Positions 12,810 to 24,100 of a stretch of 35,005 nucleotides of DNA are shown one piece after another. Below the pieces are notes generated by a model. That model saw only the letters and a list, made by a program, of their open reading frames with translations. It searched no databases and had not been told where the DNA came from. How positions within the stretch are numbered: position 1 is the stretch's first letter; every line of letters starts with the position of its first letter. Source of the stretch: Octopus bimaculoides. Its lineage: Eukaryota. The position numbers were made by a program, and so were the translations under genes. The stretch covers positions 53,912,792-53,947,796 of the forward strand of contig NC_068999.1 of assembly GCF_001194135.2 (NCBI RefSeq), written 5' to 3'.

Positions 12810-13607
12810 CTGAATCATCTGTTCTTTATGGATGACTTAATGATATTTATTAATGATATTTATTAAGTCTGAAAATGAGATCAAATTACTTGTTTATGTA
12901 ATAAAGGTGTGTTGCAGTGATACTGAAATGGAGTTTGGCATATCGAAATGTGTGACTTTTGTCATGAAGAGTGCCTATATCAATTGATTAAACTTAGCAG
13001 AAGAATAGATTTTGGAACGTGTTGACAATATGTACAAGTACCCAGGCATATTGAACTCGATAATGTTATGCATAAGGAAATGAAGGAAAAAAATGAAAAC
13101 AGTATTTGAAATTTGAAGTCCAAATTTATTTAACTGTTGTGTACTATAGTGCTGGAGTAGTAAATAGAATGAAGAATAAAATAAAAGAGGCATTAAAGAG
13201 AAAAACAATGGAAACCCTAACTATGCTTGGAGCACTTCCTCAAAAAGCAAATGTCAGTTATTTATACATGAAACGAAATATTGGAGGGAGAGGATTTATT
13301 AGCATTTCTGATTCTATGAATGACAAACAAAGGTCACTAAACCACTATGTTGCAAAGAATGGAGAAGAACTATTTAAATATGTTGTAATAGAACTAGAAC
13401 TAGAACTTGAAGAGAAGAAAGTGTAGCAAAATAGAGTAATTTGTAGAAGAAAGGAAGTGTTAAAAGAAATGTAATTAGATGGATGGTTCTACAGATGCAC
13501 CAAGAATTGAAAACTGATGCCTTATCATATAAGTGCCTCTAGAGCGGAGTTTTAAAAGAGAGAAAGTGATAGTTTATTGACGGTGGCTCAAGATCAAGCT
13601 CTGAACA
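12810..13607 (+). mobile_element. Degenerate non-LTR retrotransposon RT fragment, R4/Dong-like (RLE type)
   Basis: Frame-shifted motifs NHLFFMDDL, EMEFGISKC, YKYPGI, LYMKRNIGGRGFISI and KRESDSLLTVAQDQAL. The clade assignment is from recalled motif similarity. Confidence 0.75.
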
Positions 13608-13869
13608 TGTTATATCCTTATGGATAAACGAATTCACTACAACAGTGTAATAACAATATAATCGAAACAAATAGCAGTCACCACACAAAACATAACAACA
13701 ATCTTTTAAGAACCAACAATCCAACATGCTAACTCGAACTGTAAACTTTGAACTATCAACGCACGAACCGTGGAACTAGCATGAACCACCTCGCTTTCTC
13801 AGACCACTACTATTTATATGTAGTGGTCTAGTCCATTCTCACCAGAGGGCATCGTACTCTCGCACAACA
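13608..13869 (-). mobile_element. 3' LTR of Ty3/Gypsy element (262 bp, TGTT...AACA)
   Basis: Polypurine tract AAAAGGGGAGA (13880-13870) directly precedes TGT, the termini are inverted, and there is an internal TATAAATA. Confidence 0.85.
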
Positions 13870-14906
13870 TCTCCCCTTTTGAGATTTTGTGTTCCAAAGG
13901 AATGAAGAAATTTTTTATTATATTTTTTTTAGTATCTCTTTCACTTGGACATTATCTCAGGGTGTTCGATCTGCTTTCTTTTTCTCAAGCTGGTTCTATG
14001 GGACTGTTTTACTTTTGATACTGGTACATCGAATATTTCACAGAATACTTCCATGGGAATTTCTTCCTGATCATGGGTATGTCTCTTCCTTAGTTGGTTT
14101 ATATGTCTCTTATGTTCACCATGTAACCCTTTAATTAGATACACCATACTTCCAATTTTTTCTGGTAACAAAGCCATCTTCCCAGCCTTCTTTACCATTT
14201 CTATAGGTTTTGAAATGCACTTTATCACATATTTTGACGTATTTCATTGGCTCTTTCGTATTTCCGTTACATCTGTTTTTCTCTGGTAATAGTTTATCAA
14301 AAATGGATTTTATTCTTCTTGTGAACATCAATTCCCTGAATTCGTACTTGAATTGGAGGGTCACTCTGTAATATTCTTAAGAAATTTGTCAGTGCTTCAT
14401 CGTTACTTAATTTAGTCCTCGCTTTTCTTAATCCTCTCTTGAAGGTGTCCACAAATCTTTCTACCTGCCCATTTGACCTCAGGTGGTAAGGTGGAGCGAA
14501 AATAAGCTTTATTACATGCTTTTTACAGAAGTTCTTGAATTCATACCCAGAGAACTGCATTCCGTTGTCTGAAACTAGCATGTCAGGGACACTGTATTGC
14601 ACAAACAATTCGTATAAGAACTTTATAGTTGTCTTAGAGGTTGGTCTGTAGCACCTGCAAACCTCCAGCCACTTAGTATAGCTATCTACTACGATTAGGT
14701 AGTAAGCACCGTTTACCGGTCCAGCATAGTCAATGTGTAATCTAGACCATGGGTTCTCCATCTCTGGCCACAATTGATATTTTACCGGCAGGGCTTTGGC
14801 TGCAAGCATTGCAACCTCACTGTGTTCTCACCAAGTTTGCAATATCTCGATCCATAGATGGCCAATGAACATAACTCCTCATCAGAGCCCTCATCTTTGC
14901 CATTCT
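13870..14906 (-). mobile_element. Ty3/Gypsy integrase fragment (degenerate) plus PPT
   Basis: KMRALMRSYVHWP, PWSRLHIDYAGP, LIVVDSYTKW, SDNGMQF and PPYHLRSNGQVERFVDTFK are rve-domain motifs, with frameshifts and stops. Confidence 0.95.
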
Positions 14907-14910
14907 ACTC

Positions 14911-15790
14911 CAAATTAAGTACTTAGGGCAAATAATTGATAAAAGTGGTAGACATCCTGACCCATTGAAAGCAGACGCAATAAGGAATATTCCTATGTTG
15001 ACAAATATTCCAACTTTACAAGCATGTTTTGGGTTGGCAAACTATTACCAAAGCTACATTCCTAATATGCACAAGTTAAGAGCTCCATTGAACAACTTAT
15101 TAAAAAAAGGAGTAAAGTGGAATTGGTCCACTTTTGAAGAAATAAAAACACTTTTGAAGAAATAAAAAAACATTCTAATCTCATTACAATCCTGATATGG
15201 ACATCATTGTAGTGTCTGATGCTTCCGAGCACAGATTAAGTGCAGTTTTGTGCTCGCTAATAACAGCAGAGAAGAGATATAGTCAAATTGAAAAGGAGGC
15301 CATAGTAATTATTTTTGCAGTTAAAAAATTTCACATGGCAGAAGTTTTTTTTATTGCAAACAAACTATAGACTTTTACTGTTGATTTATGGGTCTAAAAA
15401 AGGGTTACCGACTCATACAGCGAACTGCCTGCAACGCTGGAGTGTAATATTACTAAATTATTTCAAAATGCAATACATTCCATCGAAAAAATTGGTCATG
15501 TGGACTGCCTTTCAAGATTAATTCCAAAAAATATGGAACCACTAGAAGAGACTGTTATAGCTGCACTGCAGGCAGAAAGTGAAATTATAAGTGTTATGAT
15601 AAACGTTATCCAAGAACTACCAGTGACAGCACAGGATATAAGAATGAAAGTTGTGGATGATGAGTATATTACGAAAATAGAGGAAGTTTTGAAAAATGAG
15701 CAGAATAAAAATTCAGATGCCAGTAGTTTTTCAATTTGCGATGATATTCTGACATATGCTGAAAGAGTGGTGGTTCTAACTACATTATAG
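14911..15790 (+). mobile_element. Ty3/Gypsy RT end/RNase H fragment (degenerate), inverted relative to the integrase
   Basis: IKYLGQIID, FGLANYY, PLNNLLKKGVKWNW, SDASE, YSQIEKEA, LQRW, DCLSRLI and ERVVV motifs with frameshifts. Confidence 0.92.
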
Positions 15791-16339
15791 TGTGCATGGA
15801 CAGTGGAGTTCAAGGTCAATCTGTGCCAAGCTTCACTCAGCGTGCTTTACTCTGCATGCTTCACTCTACACAGCGGCTTCACTCTGCGTGCTTTAGCTTC
15901 GTTACTATGAATACTTATTGATCAGACCACGTAGATCACATATCTGTTGGTTTCATACAAGGAAATCCCTTCAATCATGGCATATTTCCATTCAGATTTG
16001 AATTTACAAGCTGTTTCAAATCCAGTGAACACATCTTATGATTGTCAAATGCAACTGAGAGATGATCTGTTAAGTTCATATGGACATTACCTATATACAT
16101 TCGTTCGTTCGTTTTCTGAAAAAGCAATGTTTTGGACTTTTGCATAATAACAAACAAACAGACACACACACATACCAACACGTGTTTGTATACATGTGCA
16201 TGTATGCATAATGTATATGGGTGTATTGATAGATAGATTACTAATCTCTCCAGACAAATGGCCAGTCAGCTGAGGTAGATAGCTAGACAGATAAGACAAA
16301 TAGATGTGTGTGTGTAAAATTACATATATGTGTGTGTGT

Positions 16340-16344
16340 ATGTA

Positions 16345-16377
<33 letters not shown>

Positions 16378-16604
16378 NNNNNNNNNNNNNNNNNNNNNNN
16401 NNNNNNNNNNNNNNNNNNNNNNNNNNNNNNNNNNNNNNNNNNNNNNNNNNNNNNNNNNNNNNNNNNNNNNNNNNNNNNNNNNNNNNNNNNNNNNNNNNNN
16501 NNNNNNNNNNNNNNNNNNNNNNNNNNNNNNNNNNNNNNNNNNNNNNNNNNNNNNNNNNNNNNNNNNNNNNNNNNNNNNNNNNNNNNNNNNNNNNNNNNNN
16601 NNNN

Positions 16605-16641
<37 letters not shown>

Positions 16642-16707
16642 TATATATAGTATGTATATATATATATAATATATATGTATATATAAGTATATATATATAT
16701 TTATAAC

Positions 16708-16755
<48 letters not shown>
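16340..16755. repeat. (TA)n microsatellite block spanning an N gap
   Basis: Long TA runs on both sides of gap 16378-16604. Confidence 0.95.
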
Positions 16756-16758
<3 letters not shown>

Positions 16759-16859
16759 ACAGAAAGGAGGTCGAAGTTAGCTGTAATCAAATTCCCACAG
16801 AAATACGGATGTTTGACAGGAAATTCCAGGAACAAGTGGGAATAGTTGTGAAAACTTTC

Positions 16860-16996
16860 AGAGAAATGGTGGTAGTGGTAAGGAGGGGGGTGCTTGTTGG
16901 CAGAGGGTCATGGTGGTATATATGATGATGATGGTGGTGGTGGTGGCGATGTTGTTGCTGTTGGTAATGATGGTGGTGATATAAGTTGTAATGTTG

Positions 16997-17028
<32 letters not shown>

Positions 17029-17110
17029 GGTGGTGGTAGTTATAATGAAGGTAGGGAGACTTAACTTTTAGCACTTACTGGTGTTGTTTTTGGTGTGTGT
17101 GTGTGTGTGT
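16860..17110. repeat. Compound (GGT)/(GTT)/(GAT)/(GT) microsatellites
   Basis: Direct reading. Confidence 0.9.
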
Positions 17111-17282
17111 GTGTTGTAAGCTTATTTGTTTTAACTGTATATGTATCTATGTTGCTGTATGTTTGTGTATCATTGTATCGAAATGTGAACATGGAAGGAA
17201 GTAGTAAGATTTTTATTTTAAATCATTTTTAAATCATTGTTGGACCTGTTAATATGCCTGTATATATACATACATACATACA

Positions 17283-17342
<60 letters not shown>

Positions 17343-17494
17343 TTTGCATATGTGTGTCTGTGTCGGTATGTGTGTGTATATCTTCTTATTTTTATTTGCA
17401 TCAGTATATATGCATGTGTGTGTACATGTGTGTGTGTGCAATTTTGTGTCACTGTGCCACTTGTTGATGCAATGTCCATGATGGTGAGGTGAAA

Positions 17495-17563
17495 GTGGTG
17501 GTGGTGGTGGTTTCTGGCAGCAGTGGTGGTGGCGGTCGTGGTAGTAGTAGTAGCAGCAGCAAC

Positions 17564-17616
<53 letters not shown>

Positions 17617-17720
17617 GTGCAGCAGTGGTGGTGGTGGTGGTTTTAGTGGTGGTGGGGGGTGTAATTAAATTCACTATATGCCATTGCTACATTTGTTGCT
17701 GTTGTTGTTGCTGTGTGTGT
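17495..17720. repeat. Compound (GGT)/(TAG)n/(GTT) microsatellites
   Basis: Direct reading, with a long (TAG)n run at about 17565-17614. Confidence 0.92.
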
Positions 17721-18271
17721 ATGTTTGTGTGTGTCTGTGTGTGCATGTCTGTGTCCACATTTATTTGCGCAAGTGTCTATGTATGCATGTATGTCTAATT
17801 ATATACTATAAATAGTATGTATGTTTATTTAGTTTCTATACATAATTATTCATCACTATGTGTGAGTGTGTGGGTTTTATGTACACGCTTATATGTGTTC
17901 ATTTTGTAAACGTATGTCTGTCTGTGTATATGTATTGTTATCATTATATTGTCTTTCTGTTCACATTTTCTATCCTGACGTGGTTGAGATTACTCGGGGT
18001 GATATTCTATGGTTAGATGCCCTTCCTGATGTCAAACCTTACTTGTCTAACTTGAACATAAGCAAGATGTGACATGATATATCAGATCACTGAGCTGCAA
18101 AACTAGATCATGCGGAACATAGACTGATAACACAGTTACCCAAGTGCTGTCAATGTGTAGTCACACACACAAAAACATACCTCCTCATGCACCCCACCCA
18201 CCCATAACTCACACACACACATATATCTATACACATATGCATGTGTTTGTGTGTGTGTGTGTGTACTTTGA

Positions 18272-18509
18272 AGTAAAGATCATTTGCCAACATAACATGG
18301 CAGTCCTAGTTTAGGACGAATGTTGCTGTAATTTAGCCCCAGGAGACATCGTCTCCAGCTGGCTATACAACACAATTCCCTTGTTCAAAAATATAAGGAC
18401 ACTCTATCATGTCATATAGCCAGCTGGAGACGATTCTCCTGGGGCTAAAATACAGCAACATTCGTCCTAAACCAGGACTGCCATGTTATGTTGGCAAATG
18501 ATCTTTACT
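18272..18509. mobile_element. Foldback (MITE-like) element with about 95 bp inverted arms and 47 nt spacer
   Basis: Arm 18272-18367 matches the reverse complement of 18415-18509 with 2 mismatches and 1 indel. Confidence 0.9.
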
Positions 18510-18945
18510 CCATACACAGTCTACTGTCCAACCACCAACAAGGCTCAGTCCGGGTTATTTACCAATTGCGATTATTTTCATTTCTTTCCCTCAGTGGTCT
18601 ATTTATTTGTATATCTATTAAGATATCTCTCTATTTACATAACTTTTGCTATATCAGTAGGCTCACCTACCCGTCTGTCTGTTTGTGATCTGGAAATGTA
18701 AAAGACTAGAAAGTAACTTCCTCAGTTATTTGCTAAGGTTATTTCACTTCAACTTAACTATCTATAGACATATTTTTAAAGCATAGTTATAGACCTTCCA
18801 GACAGTGTTTCATTATATTAAAAATTTTGATTGTGCCAGTGATTCTAACACAAATTTAGAATAATACACACCTCCCCACTCATTCTTTCTAATAAGAAAA
18901 GCCTCTCTCTCTCTCTCTCTCTCTCTCTCTNNNNNNNNNNNNNNN

Positions 18946-18986
<41 letters not shown>

Positions 18987-19166
18987 ATGTTTTCCCTTTC
19001 TATTTCTTCGCTGATTCCACTATTTCCATCTCTTTCTTTTCTTTGCTTCCCTTTTTCCTCCTCCTCCTTCTCTATATATTTCTCCATTCAAGTTATTGTT
19101 TCCCTTGGTGTAAATGTAACACGCAGACAAATCACACAGGAATGTAGAAACACATAGAATAATATT

Positions 19167-19376
19167 CCTTTTTACTCTTGGCACAAGGCCTGAAATTTTG
19201 GGAGAGGGCAGCCAGTCAATTAGATTGACCCCAGTACGCAACTGGTACTTAATTTATTGACCCCCAAAAGGATAAAAGGCAAAGTCGAACTCAGCAGAAT
19301 TTGAACTCAGAACGTAAAGACAGACAAAATACCATTAACCACTTCGCCCCTAACGTTTCTGCTAGCTCACCGCCTT
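19167..19376 (-). mobile_element. tRNA-derived SINE with 15 bp target-site duplication
   Basis: Head GGCGGTGAGCTAGCAGAA, B-box-like GAGTTCAAATTC, and identical flanks acatagaataatatt at 19152-19166 and 19377-19391. Confidence 0.88.
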
Positions 19377-19544
19377 ACATAGAATAATATTATAGATAAT
19401 TGTCCTCCACACCCACATGTTACAGTGGCTTTCCCCATCCCCATACCACCAAATTATCTTTTTACTCATGCACTATACCTGTTCTGTATCTCTACTCCAC
19501 TCCTGTAGCCTACCCAAACACGTCATCTCTCTCTCAGTGATTAG

Positions 19545-19642
19545 AAAAATATGGAAAAACTTCATATCATCCTTGCACAGAGGCCATGCTAGTCTTCTCT
19601 GTATCATTCCAGTTTTAGAATATGTACTGCTGTAGATAGTAT
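19545..19642 (-). pseudogene. U6: U6 snRNA pseudogene (near full length, about 11 nt internal deletion)
   Basis: Reverse complement reads atactatctacagcagtacatattctaaaactggaatgatacagagaagactagcatggcctctgtgcaaggatgatatgaagtttttccatattttt. It aligns to U6 including the ACAGAGA box and AGC triad and ends in a U run. CpG decay, a damaged 5' stem and a deletion in the ISL 3' region indicate a pseudogene. Confidence 0.92.
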
Positions 19643-20214
19643 GATGGGATTCTGTACACTTTCTCACTACCAAAGATCACTCTTATGGTATTTGTCTACT
19701 CAAAGTTATAGTAGAAGTCACTTGCCCAAAATGCCATGGATTGGGATCAAGTTCCAATAGTATTTAGTTGCAAAATGAACTTCTTAACTACACAGCTGTG
19801 TGTGTGTGTTACTTAAGATTAGTCTGCAAAGTATAACATTACCTTTCTTTTTGATTCATGTGAATAAAGAAAATTTTCTTTTTGTTCATTGTATTGGGTG
19901 TATATGTGAGTCATAGTGAATTAAAAGTATTGTGATCAATAGGCTGTAGTAGCTTATAGGACACAAGAACTGCATATATACTTGTCATTGTGTGTGAACC
20001 AATTAGGCTTAGGGTGATATATCTGGGTTATCAGCAGCCTAAAAGGTTAAAGTTCATTGACAGGGTGTGCTTCTGCTAGAAACAAGAAGATAGGTCATTT
20101 TTCCCCCCCACTATAGGTGTTTTGTTGCATCTCTGAACACAATTTTTATTAGCTCATTCAGCTAGATTACCAATTAAGGACTCACCTGGCCAACCAGCAA
20201 TTTTTACCCTATGG

Positions 20215-20470
20215 TTTTGTATTCAGTCCCACTGCTTAGCACTTTGGGCAAGAGTCTTTTACTATAGCTCCAGGCTGACCAAAGCCTTGGAATGGATTTG
20301 GCAGATAGAAACTAAAAGAAGTAGGCATGGTTGTGTGATAAGAAGCTTGCTTTGCTACCACATGGTTCAGAGGACATTTCCACTGCATGGCACCTGGAAC
20401 AGATGTCTTCTACTATAGCCTCAAGCTGACCAAGGCCTTGTGAGTTGATCTGGTTGACAGAAACTGAAGG
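20215..20470 (+). mobile_element. Two tandem degenerate SINE heads (family of 1378-1819)
   Basis: Two copies of gggcaag/actatagc...ctgaccaaagccttg...gaaact.aaagaag. Confidence 0.6.
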
Positions 20471-20652
20471 AAGCCTGTTGTGTGTCAGTTTTTCTATCAT
20501 ATTTCAGTACAACTTTTTTCTTCTACCAACTCTGCTCTATAACTACTATAAAACTGAAGAGGAAATAGTTCACACAGTTTTTCAAATGATACTTCCACAA
20601 ATTGTGTGTGTGTGTGCATGTGTCTTTATTAATTTTACTCCCTTTGTTACAG

Positions 20653-20820
20653 ACATGGACCGTTTAAAGAAAATTAATGGAAGATTCCTGCTGAGAGAAA
20701 GCCGCATCAAGCAGAATGACAAAGTAATCTCCATGTTGCAAGATGGTAAAGTTTACCATTTTCATGCTGCACACAAGTTTGACAACTGCTTCCAGATCGA
20801 CTGTGGACCTATAACACAAG
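20653..20820 (+). CDS. Shark: Shark-like coding exon 2 (SH2 core: GRFLLRES...KVYHF...FQIDCGPITQG)
   Basis: Acceptor tttgttacag|, donor CAAG|gtaagc, 168 nt phase 1-1, FLLRES phosphotyrosine-binding motif. Confidence 0.93.
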
Positions 20821-21751
20821 GTAAGCTTTTGTTGGAACTAAAGATGGTGTGATGGGAAAAAATTCAAATAAAAATATTAATCTTACTTGTTAATCATGGC
20901 TTCACTTCACATTAACTGCAGACTTGATAGTGATTGACTGGGTAGACTTGGTTATAGCAATTGCAAAGAAAATTTGTTTGACAGTTTGGTGTTAGTGTTT
21001 CATAGTTCTTTCTCCATTTTCTTTTGTCTCAAAGGAGAAGACAGGTGGGTGAATAATGTGTGATTAAGTCTCATAGTTGGAGATTATAGTAGACCACCAT
21101 CAATGGTTAATGTGACAAGCATCAAAGAATTTCTTCAGACTGTTTTTTATTCTTAATAAGATTATGGTGGTGGTGGTGGTGGCAGTTGATCTTCCAATCA
21201 AACCAATCTTTCCACTAAATTAGAGTCTTTGCCTCATTATCAAAATGTGTATCGCTGTTGTGTCTTTTCTATAAGTATTTCCATGGTTGTTGCTCTGATG
21301 AACTTTCTGATCTGGAACCTTCTCTCAAAACCTTTTAACATGTCATCTGCAACTGTTCTCTGGCACATTGTTTCTTTTAAGCTTCTTAAGTCCTTTTATT
21401 CTAATGGCTTCTTTCCTCAAACTACTGCTCTCTGGAACTCACTACTATTGTCTTGTATTCCTTTATTCCTTTGTACTTTGATATTCTGACCTTTAAGTTT
21501 TCTGTCAATAGACATCTTTTGAATTTGTAGGCACCATCTTTTCTTTCTTTCTTTTTTTTTTTTTTTTGTAGTCCTTTATGCTACAGTCAGCCAATCAGCT
21601 AGATTTTTCAAAGTCTAGCTGATTGATTGATTGATCATTCAGTCAGTCAGTCAATCAGCTAGATTAGTCAAAGTGTCACTGATTGATTGCTTAAATAATT
21701 AATCAAGCAATCAATTAATTTATTGGTTAAATATAAATAAATTGACTACTA

Positions 21752-21925
21752 ATCATTTCTACTATAGGCACAAGACCTGAAATTTGGGGGGAGCAGGAGG
21801 TCAGTTACATCAACCCCAATTCTTGACTAGTACTTTATTTTATCAACCCCTAAAGGAGAAAAAGCAAAGTTAAGCTGAACTGAATTTGAACACAGAATGT
21901 AAACAGCCAGAAGAAATGCCACTAG
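21752..21925 (-). mobile_element. SINE, family of 19167-19376
   Basis: ggcacaagacctgaaattt, tagtactttattttatcaacccc and gcaaagt...gaatttgaacacagaa motifs. Confidence 0.7.
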
Positions 21926-21927
21926 GC

Positions 21928-22175
21928 AGTAGGAAGGGCATCCAGGTGTAGAAATCAGGCCAAAGCAGACACTGGAGCACAATGCAGTGTCTGGACCTAC
22001 TGGATTTTATTGAATCATCCAAAAGAAAGCAGAAGAAGGAAATGCTTAGAAGCAATTTTCTGCCCCTGAGCAGCAAATCTCTTCTGTTCTCTGTCTCTAT
22101 CACACTATATACAACTTCCAGTAAGACCACCACATGCCAGCATGGAACATGGGCGTTAAATGATGACGAGAATCA
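21928..22175 (+). mobile_element. RTE-tail element fragment
   Basis: aggaagggcatccaggtgtagaaa...catgccagcatggaacatgggcgttaaatgatga. Confidence 0.6.
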
Positions 22176-22526
22176 ACCATAATGAAATTTGAACACAGAA
22201 GACATGATTTAGCAGAGCAAAGAATCTTGTCTGCTGTTCTACCAATTCTATAAATATCGCAACTTTCATTGCCTGACTTGTCAGATTGACGGTGATGTTG
22301 TTTACTGTAAACTTCGGTGATTCATTAGCACTGTGTCTGAGAGATAAATGTAGGTGGGAAGATGGTAGTGCTTGTATTTCGTGTGGACTTTGTGTCAAGT
22401 AATTGATTCTGTTTATCAGTCTGGAATAAATATTTATATTTTAAACTGCATTTTTAAGTGTCCATCCTCCTATTGCTTTTAGGTATTCTATCTCTGCACA
22501 TGCATACTCATGCAAATGTGTGTGTG

Positions 22527-22569
<43 letters not shown>

Positions 22570-22864
22570 GTGTGTGTGTGTTGAGTCTATCATCATTTTT
22601 ACAGCCACTTTTCTATGCTGGTGTGGACCGGTCATGTGGTGTGTGCGTGTGTGTATGTACGCATGTGTTCCATCTTAAACTGAACATCAATCAACCTAAT
22701 ACCTTCACTGTGTATGTGCTTTTGACTTTTGTTGTTTTTGCTTTTATTTTTGGTTTGTCTGTGTGTGTGTGTGCGTGTGTGTGTAGTTATTGTAACATTT
22801 AAATAGCTAGAAAAGAGAAAGGAAGAAATTATGTTTAAGATTATATGATTTGAAGAGGGTCCTC

Positions 22865-22992
22865 AGTATGAGAGAAGGAGATAGAAAAGGTAAGAGAGAA
22901 AGAGAGAGAGAGAGAGGGAGAGAGAGAGAGAGTGAGAGAGAGAGAGAAGGAGAGAGAAAGAGAAGGAGAGAGAGAGAGAAGGAGAGAGAGAG
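22865..22992. repeat. (GA)n-rich microsatellite
   Basis: Direct reading. Confidence 0.92.
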
Positions 22993-23548
22993 GCAAACAT
23001 CTATTTGTTGGAAAATATTGATAAATACATAAATTTGTGTGTGTGTGTGTGTTTGATAGGCTTCTTTACAGTTTCCATCTATCTATATATTGACACAGTG
23101 CAGAGGGAGAATGTTTGAGAAATGGGGAGGTAGTTTTGTGCCAGGTGTTGGGATGTTAAAGTATCATAAGAGGTACAAGTGTAGGTATGTTGCTATAGAG
23201 GAGATCCATGGCTACCCTGCACTATGTAAGGGTTGGTAAGAGTATCTGGAAAGAAGATAAGATGGTAGGGATGAAGTGCCAGAGCAAACCATCAAAGACC
23301 AAAGAGATTAGTATAAGAGAGGATATGGGCAGTGAATAAACACATACACATGTATGCCAACTTATATACATATTCAGCACAATAATAGAAATTATATCAT
23401 TACAAATGACCATGTTTATTCATTTTTGTAATTTCTTTATGATCAATGTACATCACTCCTGCACTCCTTACATTACTCTAGGTTTGATAAATTATCAAAG
23501 TGTCATTTATTTTGTGATTTTTCTTCTTATTTGCTTCTTAATCAATAG

Positions 23549-23692
23549 GTATTGATAGACTGATCAAGATCCATCAGCACAAACCAGCTGGATTGCCATG
23601 CTGTCTGACAAGCTTCATTTCTGGTAAACCACCACCTGCTGCCCTTCGGTATCAAGGACCAACCAATCTCTTGCACAAAGCTGTCCAAGATC
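23549..23692 (+). CDS. Shark: Shark-like coding exon 3 (SH2 alphaB, linker, start of ANK1: IDRLIKIHQHKPAGLPCCL...GPTNLLHKAVQD)
   Basis: Pyrimidine tract plus caatag| acceptor, donor C|gtaagt, 144 nt phase 1-1, continues the frame, GLP and TNLLH motifs as in Shark. Confidence 0.93.
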
Positions 23693-24100
23693 GTAAGTAT
23701 ATGAATCTGTAAGCATAGAAGCATACGGTGGCCAAATTCTTCCTCAACACCATCTCTACATCACTTCTATTTAAACTCCAACCTAGTGACATTAAATATT
23801 TGAGAAGTTAACCCTTTTGATACTAAAATGCCTGAGACACTCTCTTCTCCAGTTCTATCATATAAACTTCATGTTTTAAAGAAATTTAAATTAAAATCTT
23901 TCATTAAAACTTCATATTGATTTATGTTCCATACACCAGGTTAATAAGGGCATATTCATTTTACAAAATCTACCTTGGTGCTTTTACCATTTAAATACTT
24001 AATTCTATCGGATCTGGAAAATTTTACACACACACATAAACACATACACACACACACACACACACAGACATATATATGTATTTATTTTCTTAATCTCCAG

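Noticed and set aside
17229-17798. Poly-Thr/Val/His ORFs and similar YIYI/CVCV/THTH ORFs throughout
   Set aside because: These are translations of di-, tri- and tetranucleotide microsatellites with no domain motifs or splice support.
19545-19642. Functional U6 gene
   Set aside because: It has multiple substitutions, a disrupted 5' stem, an internal deletion, and no recognisable upstream TATA/PSE.
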